DNA of 64,000 nt from Lachnospiraceae bacterium. GTDB lineage: Bacteria > Bacteroidota > Bacteroidia > Bacteroidales > UBA932. Below, one piece after another: positions 9,462 to 16,391 of this stretch; positions within the stretch are counted from its first letter, which is position 1; each line of letters opens with the position of its first letter. The stretch covers positions 14,066 to 78,065 of the forward strand of contig CAVHXU010000010.1 in NCBI GenBank assembly GCA_963640185.1. The letters are read 5' to 3'. The notes under the pieces are model-generated. The model did no database searches, was not told where the DNA came from, and was given only the letters and a program-made list of their open reading frames with translations. Both the position numbers and the translations under genes were made by a program.

Positions 9462-10765
9462 TCTCCGACGGGCTTATGAGTTTGCGCCTGGACTACTTCG
9501 CCGCAGAATAGCAGAGCAAAGACCAGAAAGATGTCGGTCGAGACCTTGAACCAGATTATAAAGTTGATACACAGTATCATAACAAACAGCCAGAGATAGT
9601 CAGGACAGCGGCGGATGCAATACTGGCAGGTCTTGATGAAATACAGCGTGAATGCGGCGAGCCCGATCAGACCGAAATAAAAGATAAAGCGCAGATAGCC
9701 GATGTCGGTCTGCATATAGTATCCTCTGAACAGCCTCCCCGTGTAGTATGGGTCAACCATATAGGGGTTTTCGATGTAGCCGTCGCCTATGAGCCATGTC
9801 TTCCAGTTGTCCGGGAAAACCACCATACTCTTTAGGATGTTGTTGGAATTGGTTTCCCAGTAACCTTTCTCAAATAGCGAGAAGAATCCCTCGAAACCGA
9901 AGCGCATATAGTTATGGAATATGGGATTGACATTGTAGAGCAGAACGACGAGCGGTACGGAGACGAGCAGCGTCAGAAACAGTGTCCTCGTGAAATGCCT
10001 GCTTGAAGACTGCTCCAGACCGGAACGGACAATCGGACAGACGACAGCCCACCACAGCAGCGCGACGGCGACACCGACTATTGTGGTCCGGGATATCATA
10101 TTGCCGACAACCACGATAAAAGCGAAGGAACTGAGGTACAACAGCTGCTGTTTCCAGTCAACGTCCCGTCCGTCCGGCGGCAACGTCAGAAAAGCTATCA
10201 TCGCGAGAATGACGGCAAAGCGGGACCCCGCCACATCCATCGAAGCTCCGAGTCCGTACAGGCGGTCCACTTCCTGCAATTTGTCCATATCCACGATGGC
10301 AAGTCCTGCTATGTGGGACTCCACCCAATGCTGCATAGCCGGGATGTTGTCTATCATCAGCGCGGAAGCGCACTGGAGCACGCAGACCGTTATCAGATAA
10401 TCGCACACCAGACTGACATCCATACGGCCGTGGACAAGGCGCATAAGCGACGCCACGGCATAGGCTCCCCCTAGCCAGACAAGCATGGAGATGAGGTAGG
10501 TGGCGTAGGTCGAGTCGGGCGTGCCGTTCACAATCATCGAGAAACAGCCGCAGAGGGAGACAATCGAAGCGAAAACGACCAGTTTCACGAAATCCGCGTC
10601 AAGTTCGCGGCTGCGGGTCCTGGCCATATCCACGGCATACAGCACAAGCCCCACCGCAGCAAGCATCATCTTGGTGTTGACGCTCGGCAGGAAAACGAAC
10701 TCCAGCGGGAAAAAGTAAAGGCTCGTGGCCGTTATGGTCAGCAATATGCCGATGATCTTCAACAT
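9458..10765 (-). CDS. Putative Wzy polysaccharide polymerase
   Basis: About 10-11 hydrophobic segments, large C-terminal loop with TDIGYLRFIFYFGLIG, located among GT genes. Confidence 0.7.
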   Translation of the reverse strand: MLKIIGILLTITATSLYFFPLEFVFLPSVNTKMMLAAVGLVLYAVDMARTRSRELDADFVKLVVFASIVSLCGCFSMIVNGTPDSTYATYLISMLVWLGGAYAVASLMRLVHGRMDVSLVCDYLITVCVLQCASALMIDNIPAMQHWVESHIAGLAIVDMDKLQEVDRLYGLGASMDVAGSRFAVILAMIAFLTLPPDGRDVDWKQQLLYLSSFAFIVVVGNMISRTTIVGVAVALLWWAVVCPIVRSGLEQSSSRHFTRTLFLTLLVSVPLVVLLYNVNPIFHNYMRFGFEGFFSLFEKGYWETNSNNILKSMVVFPDNWKTWLIGDGYIENPYMVDPYYTGRLFRGYYMQTDIGYLRFIFYFGLIGLAAFTLYFIKTCQYCIRRCPDYLWLFVMILCINFIIWFKVSTDIFLVFALLFCGEVVQAQTHKPVGE

Positions 10766-10768
10766 AGC

Positions 10769-11749
10769 CTACCTGTAGAGCGCTCTGTAGATAGTCTTAT
10801 AAACGACTGTGTAATACATCTTTATCAATCCGAACCATCCTCTTGCGGCCCATTTCTGGAGCAGGGTCGCACGAAGAGAAATCTGCCTGTTCAGGCCTAT
10901 GTAGCGGTTCGCCTCAGGAAACCATTCCCGCCAGAGCGCATATTTCGCGGCATCGTCGCTGACAAGGAACGGAAACTTGACATCAAGTTTCAGAAACGCC
11001 GTCTCGGACTCGTACTTGTCACCGAAATGGCTGCGGAGGAACTCTTCGGTGGCGGCGACATTGTGCTTCAATTCCGCAAGATGGCGCTGAGAGTAGGTCT
11101 GGCTGAACGCGGCAGTGTTGGTCTTGACATAGTGGTAGAAGGCCTCCGGGAGGTAGGCCACTTTTTTTGCAAAGCAGAAAAGCCGGATCATCGTCATATC
11201 CTCCCCCATCCCGTAGCCGTCGGGAAATGACACACCGTGGTCAGCGTAGAGGCTTCGCCGCACCAGCTTGTTCCAGACATTGAACTTCATAGCGCCGGAC
11301 AGCATTTTCCGCACGGCATCATCGGGAGAAACTGCCGCCGGCTGACGCATATAGCGTTCCGACTCGGAGTATGTGAGATACCAGTCGGTGTAAACGATGT
11401 CGGCATCCTCATCCGCCGCCTTTTGCCACATCTTCTCCAACATATCCGGCTCGACATAGTCGTCGCTGTCACAGTGGAACACATAGTCGCCGGTCGCCGC
11501 CGAAAGGCCGGTGTTGCGCGCCGCAGGAAGCCCGCGGTTGGCTTCGTGATGCAGAATCCGGATGCGTCCGCGCAGATGCGGATACCCGGCGGCGACCCGC
11601 TCCACTGTCTCCACGCTGTCGTCCGGCGAAGCGTCATCGACGAAGATGAACTCCACATCATCGAGTGTCTGCGCGAACAGAGACTCCGCGCAGCGACGGA
11701 TGAAGCCCGCGACATTATAGACGGGAACTATTACCGAGACCTTGGGCAT
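10769..11749 (-). CDS. Glycosyltransferase family 2
   Basis: VSVIVPVYN, VDDASPD, N.GLPAARN, DSDD. Confidence 0.93.
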   Translation of the reverse strand: MPKVSVIVPVYNVAGFIRRCAESLFAQTLDDVEFIFVDDASPDDSVETVERVAAGYPHLRGRIRILHHEANRGLPAARNTGLSAATGDYVFHCDSDDYVEPDMLEKMWQKAADEDADIVYTDWYLTYSESERYMRQPAAVSPDDAVRKMLSGAMKFNVWNKLVRRSLYADHGVSFPDGYGMGEDMTMIRLFCFAKKVAYLPEAFYHYVKTNTAAFSQTYSQRHLAELKHNVAATEEFLRSHFGDKYESETAFLKLDVKFPFLVSDDAAKYALWREWFPEANRYIGLNRQISLRATLLQKWAARGWFGLIKMYYTVVYKTIYRALYR

Positions 11750-11766
11750 ACTCTAAGGTGATGAAC

Positions 11767-12696
11767 TTACTTTTTGCGGCCGAAAACGAAATAGCGGACC
11801 AGAATCTTTATCCGTTTCCACAGGGGAAGCCTGTCGTATTCATCAATCCGCTTATAGAAAAAGTCGAAGTAAAATTCAGGATCAAAGAAAGGAGACTTAC
11901 GATAGTACTCCCACCATATATCAAAATTTACACACCAGGTTTTCCATGGCTTGTTGCCGTTATAATGAACAATGCCGAATGCCAGCGCCCTATCAATCAT
12001 CTCTTTTGGCCATCCGACCTCTGCCACTGTCTTATCATTGAGCATCATCTTATTCAAATCCACAGTCAAACAGAAAGATGGATCCAGAGTTTTGATTTTT
12101 GAACCGGCAACGATGTTTATTATGTCCATTTCCTGAAATCTATATTTATTCTTTAAAAGCGACATAAAGCGGGACATTATTCCGTCAGATCTAATCAAGG
12201 CGGAATTTATTATCAGATTCCCATCATAAAAAATTTTGTTGGGATTCAGCCCCATTGAGTGGTAATACTTTCTTTGATCCGGATTATATCCGGCATCAGA
12301 AAGAACGCCGGCATAATAATATCCGGCTATATCCTCTTCATAAAACACAGACAAGTCTGACCGGAATATGACATCGACATCCGAATACAATATCTTGTCA
12401 TACTGCGGTATCAGTTCCGGTATCAGCAACCTGTAGTATGCTGCAGTCGTTATTCCCCTGATTTCAAATGCATTGTCAAACACATCCCCGACAGGCACAT
12501 AAGTAAGGCGACATCGGGGATAAATCTCCGGAAGGCGATCCAGATCCTTTCTCTCAAGCGGTTTCTTTTCAGAGTGAAGAATGAATATGTCGTAGAAGGT
12601 GTCCGGCTTGGCATTCATCATCAGAGAGGAGAGGCAGACACAGGCCGGCATAACAAGATTATTGTCAAAAGCAAAGGCGATAGGGACCGTGTTCAT
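11767..12696 (-). CDS. Glycosyltransferase family 8
   Basis: PIAFAFDNN, YYRLLIPELIP.YDKILYSDVDVI, IVHY.G.KPW. Confidence 0.9.
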   Translation of the reverse strand: MNTVPIAFAFDNNLVMPACVCLSSLMMNAKPDTFYDIFILHSEKKPLERKDLDRLPEIYPRCRLTYVPVGDVFDNAFEIRGITTAAYYRLLIPELIPQYDKILYSDVDVIFRSDLSVFYEEDIAGYYYAGVLSDAGYNPDQRKYYHSMGLNPNKIFYDGNLIINSALIRSDGIMSRFMSLLKNKYRFQEMDIINIVAGSKIKTLDPSFCLTVDLNKMMLNDKTVAEVGWPKEMIDRALAFGIVHYNGNKPWKTWCVNFDIWWEYYRKSPFFDPEFYFDFFYKRIDEYDRLPLWKRIKILVRYFVFGRKK

Positions 12697-13658
12697 CTCG
12701 AGATCTTGTTTACTATGGGAGGTAAGTTGCGGTAAGTGTCGGATTGCAGGAACTGCCTTGCATCCTCCAATGCCGAAAGCTTTATTTTCAATATGTCGAA
12801 TCTGAACTTCAACAGCGACGACAAAAGGGAAAATGTGACCAGATAAGCTATGCAGAGAATGTTATATGTCCGCATTGGCTTTGAAGTTTCCGGCTTTTGA
12901 ATGAACCGGTCCCAGAAAATCCTGCGAAACCATAAATCACTGTAAATGAGTCTTTGTTCCCGCTCGGAAGAGACCATTGAAGTCCCGGCATCAAGATGGA
13001 TGATACCGGAGTTGAAAAGAGTCAGCTGCTTATACCCCATCAGATATGCCTTGTAGAACATAATCTGGTCTTCTCCCAAGGCATAAGGCAATGTGTCGAG
13101 CCACGACTCATCTTCGAAGTGCAACGACAGAAACGTTTCTTTCCGACAAAAGAAACACGCACCGGCATTGGTTTGAGCCCAGCACGCATCTCTTTCAGGT
13201 TTGCGGTTATACGAAAAACCTGTTGTCCGCATCACTCTATATGCCCAACCGTCCCCTCGATGAGACTTCATTTTTCCGGACAATGCCATAAGTATTTTGA
13301 ATTTCAATGGCCTGTTGGCATTATTGAAGACATCGGGGGAGATTATATCTGCCTGATTCGCGGCCAGATTCAGAAACATCACTTCCACGGCATCCGACGG
13401 CAAGTAAACATCATCATCCAGAAACAGAATCCATTCAGTACGCACTTCACTGTAGGGCAAGGCTCTCTGCGCTACCATTCCTTTCTGCACATAGACATAT
13501 CTCTCCCTGCCGATCGTCTCTTCCGGGACGGGATACCCCTCCGCGATATAGACAATGATGTCTGACGGAGGCAAGGTCTGTGATTTAAGCGAGTCCAGCA
13601 GAGTCTGATATTTCTCGCCTGCCCGACCTAATGTACGGATTACTGCGGTGTATTCCAT
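12693..13658 (-). CDS. Glycosyltransferase family 2-like
   Basis: GT-A fold motifs LLDSL..QT, WILFLDDDV, GEDQ. Confidence 0.8.
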   Translation of the reverse strand: MEYTAVIRTLGRAGEKYQTLLDSLKSQTLPPSDIIVYIAEGYPVPEETIGRERYVYVQKGMVAQRALPYSEVRTEWILFLDDDVYLPSDAVEVMFLNLAANQADIISPDVFNNANRPLKFKILMALSGKMKSHRGDGWAYRVMRTTGFSYNRKPERDACWAQTNAGACFFCRKETFLSLHFEDESWLDTLPYALGEDQIMFYKAYLMGYKQLTLFNSGIIHLDAGTSMVSSEREQRLIYSDLWFRRIFWDRFIQKPETSKPMRTYNILCIAYLVTFSLLSSLLKFRFDILKIKLSALEDARQFLQSDTYRNLPPIVNKISR

Positions 13659-14656
13659 AATCGCGTCTTGATAGAGTTATTGACTCTGAACATAAACAAT
13701 CCCACGCGAGGAGGTACTGAAATTGTGAAAACAGCCTTGTTTATAATCTTATGTTTAAATGCCGTGTGAAAGACTCGGCATCTCAATGCCCGCAATTCCA
13801 AATCCCCTATCAATTTATCCCGCTCCTTGTAGTAATCGTCTTCAGCAAGAGTCTGAAGAGTCCAATGGTACATCATCACGCTATAGTATAGAAAATAGTG
13901 GCGTAGTGAATCGTCCTGCACCTTGCCCGCAGCCTCCTCGAAACGCTTGGACATTGCGAACGAGTCTCTCAGTTTTCTGACATCCGGTCTTGACGAGACT
14001 GAGACACCAGTTTTGCGATAGGCATAAAATGTTAATGGCAACTGCATACAGACCAGCTTCTCATTTGCGACAATCAGATGAATAAGGAAGTCCATATCCT
14101 CCAGAAAGACCTGATTTGCATTGAACTTCGGACAAATGGACTTTCTTAACAGGAGGAGAGGCAGAAAGAACTCACCTTGAACTGCGTTTTGAAGAAAAAC
14201 CGCTGGCTGAAGTGGACAATGGCAAAGATCCGCAGGAATAAGTCGCCCCCGAAAGGGTAAATCTTTCCCTTGGCCATCAACCGGCCTGTAGCAGCCCCTT
14301 ACTATATCAGCATTATGCTTGATTGCCGATTCATATAGTTTTCCCAGACTATCTTTTCCAATCCAATAATCGTCAGAATCACAAAACACCACCCACTCAC
14401 CTGTCACATTGTCCAGCCCGAGGTTGCGGGCGGAACTGACTCCGCCGTTGGCTTTGTGGAACACTCGGATGCGGGAGTCTTTTGCCGCATACTCGTCACA
14501 CAACACGCCGGAGCCGTCGGTGCTGCCATCGTCAATGACAAGGCATTCCCAGACTGAATAATTCTGTTTGAGAATGCTGTCTAGGCACCTCTGGAGATAT
14601 TTCACGGTATTATAGACCGGGACTATGATGGATATCTTCGGAGATTTTTCTGCCAT
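13640..14656 (-). CDS. Glycosyltransferase family 2
   Basis: MAEKSPKISIIVPVYN, DDGSTD, NGGVSSARN, DSDD; ATG at 14656 preferred over the GTG at 14665. Confidence 0.92.
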   Translation of the reverse strand: MAEKSPKISIIVPVYNTVKYLQRCLDSILKQNYSVWECLVIDDGSTDGSGVLCDEYAAKDSRIRVFHKANGGVSSARNLGLDNVTGEWVVFCDSDDYWIGKDSLGKLYESAIKHNADIVRGCYRPVDGQGKDLPFRGRLIPADLCHCPLQPAVFLQNAVQGEFFLPLLLLRKSICPKFNANQVFLEDMDFLIHLIVANEKLVCMQLPLTFYAYRKTGVSVSSRPDVRKLRDSFAMSKRFEEAAGKVQDDSLRHYFLYYSVMMYHWTLQTLAEDDYYKERDKLIGDLELRALRCRVFHTAFKHKIINKAVFTISVPPRVGLFMFRVNNSIKTRLWNTPQ

Positions 14657-14671
14657 ATATTTCACGAAAAT

Positions 14672-14702
14672 GTTGTGAAATCAAAAAGTTTACTTACCTT
14701 TG
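14672..14702 (+). promoter_or_regulatory. Bacteroidetes promoter antisense to the polysaccharide operon (cassette copy 1)
   Basis: GTTG - 19 nt - TACCTTTG (14695-14702), matching the TTTG-N19-21-TAnnTTTG consensus; identical in copy 2. Confidence 0.75.
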
Positions 14703-14707
14703 TCACG

Positions 14708-14803
14708 AAATTTTGGTCACCTTAGTGAGAGATAAGCGCCTCACCACTGGGAAAACAACAGAGCATATTTTTGAAAAAGAAAGTATTGCTCTGTTTTTGT
14801 TTT
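14708..14803 (+). ncRNA. Putative ~95-nt structured leader/sRNA ending in a terminator-like hairpin (copy 1)
   Basis: Stems GTGAG/CTCAC (14725-14744) and AACAGAGCA/TGCTCTGTT (14757-14795), then a T-tract; the same stems occur in copy 2 with different loops. Confidence 0.5.
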
Positions 14804-14856
14804 AGCGGGACGTAAATATAAGCCGCTCCTCGCTCTCAAATAACATTACTAAGTTT

Positions 14857-15006
14857 ATGACTAAAATTTCAATTATTCTCAGTGATAGAGAGCGCCTTGT
14901 TATTGATTTCAAGGAGACGCCTCGTAAAACAGTTCTTGTCAGAGGGCACTTTCGCAGTGTTGGAGACAAGAAAGTTTATGTCAGGACTCACTACCGCAAC
15001 AAGTAG
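14857..15006 (+). CDS. Small basic protein, 49 aa (MTKISIILSDRERLVIDFKETPRKTVLVRGHFRSVGDKKVYVRTHYRNK)
   Basis: ATG after an A/T-rich stretch, downstream of a promoter and followed by a terminator; frame preserved in the second copy; absent from the ORF track. Confidence 0.7.
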   Translation: MTKISIILSDRERLVIDFKETPRKTVLVRGHFRSVGDKKVYVRTHYRNK

Positions 15007-16029
15007 TCAGGCTTGAATCAGAGTTCGCTCTGATGCTGTTTTCCTCCCGCTGGAGAGCTGCCTTACAAGGCAGCTCTCTTTATTGATATTGAGAAGACTG
15101 TGTATCTTGGATATCAAAGGTACTGACAGCAAAGCATATCTTAAACGATAGGACAAACTGAAGTTCCGCTTGACATATCTATACGCATCTCTTATTACAG
15201 GAGAAGAATACCACCTTGAGGGATTTCTGTAAATATCGGTCTGACACAATGCCTTGAAATCACAGAAAATGGCTCTTTCGGCATCAGGACATCTGACACC
15301 CAGCTTCATATATGCCGGCAACAGACGTGAAATCGCATATTCCGATCGGTCGATGCTTTGTGCATATTTCTCCCAAAAACTTTCATACGCATCATAATAA
15401 TCATACACAACCAAAGAAGACGTACATATGTGTGACACACGACCAAGATATTCAAAATTGAACAGACGATCCTCACCCACCTTGATCTTTTCATCAAAGC
15501 GAAGAGCACCGACAAGTTCCCTGCTGTAATACTTTGCCCAAGGGGAACGAAGTATAGCTGTGTCTAGATACTTGTCGATCAGCCTATGACAATCCGGTTC
15601 ATCCGTCCCTGATTTCGATTTCCCTGTGTCAATGTCCGGCAACACGAAAACACTTGACATATTCGGCAATATGTCATTGAACGAGAACATCACCAGATCA
15701 CTGCAATAACTGTCAGGATCCGGCAAATCAGAGCACAAGCAGTCGTCAGAGTCCACGAACATCAGCCAGTTGCCGGATGCGTTGTCCAGCCCGACATTGC
15801 GCGCTGAGCTGCCCCCCCCATTCAATTTATGAAAGACTCGTATTCGGCTGTCTTTCGCGGCATACTCGTCACAGATGGCAGCAGAAGCATCTGTGCTGCC
15901 GTCATCCACAAGCAGCAGTTCCCAATCAGCATACGACTGGGAGATAATGTTGTCCAGACACTTGGTAAGTGTCTTTTCCGCATTGTAAACAGGAACTATG
16001 ATTGATATCTTCGGAGATTTTTCTGCCAT
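15007..16029 (-). CDS. Glycosyltransferase family 2 (contains a G8 tract)
   Basis: MAEKSPKISIIVPVYN, DDGSTD, NGGGSSARN, DSDD, GED; the last ~25 codons lie inside cassette copy 1. Confidence 0.92.
   Translation of the reverse strand: MAEKSPKISIIVPVYNAEKTLTKCLDNIISQSYADWELLLVDDGSTDASAAICDEYAAKDSRIRVFHKLNGGGSSARNVGLDNASGNWLMFVDSDDCLCSDLPDPDSYCSDLVMFSFNDILPNMSSVFVLPDIDTGKSKSGTDEPDCHRLIDKYLDTAILRSPWAKYYSRELVGALRFDEKIKVGEDRLFNFEYLGRVSHICTSSLVVYDYYDAYESFWEKYAQSIDRSEYAISRLLPAYMKLGVRCPDAERAIFCDFKALCQTDIYRNPSRWYSSPVIRDAYRYVKRNFSLSYRLRYALLSVPLISKIHSLLNINKESCLVRQLSSGRKTASERTLIQA
15053..15081 (+). terminator. Intrinsic terminator closing cassette copy 1
   Basis: GAGAGCTGCCT-TACA-AGGCAGCTCTC followed by TTT. 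Confidence 0.7.
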
Positions 16030-16044
16030 ATCTTTCACGAAAAT

Positions 16045-16075
16045 GTTGTGAAATCAAAAAGTTTACTTACCTTTG
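16045..16075 (+). promoter_or_regulatory. Bacteroidetes promoter antisense to the polysaccharide operon (cassette copy 2)
   Basis: GTTG - 19 nt - TACCTTTG(CA) at 16068-16075. Confidence 0.75.
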
Positions 16076-16080
16076 CAGCA

Positions 16081-16172
16081 GTGAATTTTACAAATAATGT
16101 GAGCTGAAAGCACTCACGTTAGAAGTCAATTACAGAGCATACATTCGTGAGAGTCTATGCTCTGTTTTGTTT
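16081..16172 (+). ncRNA. Putative structured leader/sRNA ending in a terminator-like hairpin (copy 2)
   Basis: Stems AATGTGAG/CTCACGTT (16096-16120) and ACAGAGCATA/TATGCTCTGT (16132-16165), then TTTGTTT. Confidence 0.5.
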
Positions 16173-16238
16173 AAGCGGGAATGTAGATTTCATTACACGC
16201 CGCTCTCCTGTCTCACTCAACATTATTTGTAAAGCATT

Positions 16239-16391
16239 ATGCAACAATTCACTAAAATCACTTTTGACGTGAGAGAGCGCCTTGTTATTGATTTCAAGGA
16301 GATGCCCCATAAAACAGTTCTTGTCAGAGGACACTTTCGCAGTGTTGGAGACAAGAAAGTTTATGTCAGGACTCACTACCGCAACAAGTAG
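16239..16391 (+). CDS. Small basic protein, 50 aa (MQQFTKITFDVRERLVIDFKEMPHKTVLVRGHFRSVGDKKVYVRTHYRNK)
   Basis: Paralogue of 14857-15006; the divergent N-terminus differs in length by exactly one codon and keeps an ATG. Confidence 0.7.
   Translation: MQQFTKITFDVRERLVIDFKEMPHKTVLVRGHFRSVGDKKVYVRTHYRNK

Larger units (their letters stand above)
14622..15081 (+). repeat. Direct-repeat cassette, copy 1 (paired with 15995-16464)
   Basis: Manual alignment: 14622-14702 vs 15995-16075 match at 79/81 positions; 14887-15057 vs 16272-16442 match at 167/171; the middle has diverged. Confidence 0.95.

Noticed and set aside
16155..16376. 73-aa minus-strand ORF within cassette copy 2
   Set aside because: Antisense shadow of the small + strand ORF; no equivalent full-length ORF is listed for copy 1, and the promoter, terminator and G-U pairs all favour the + strand
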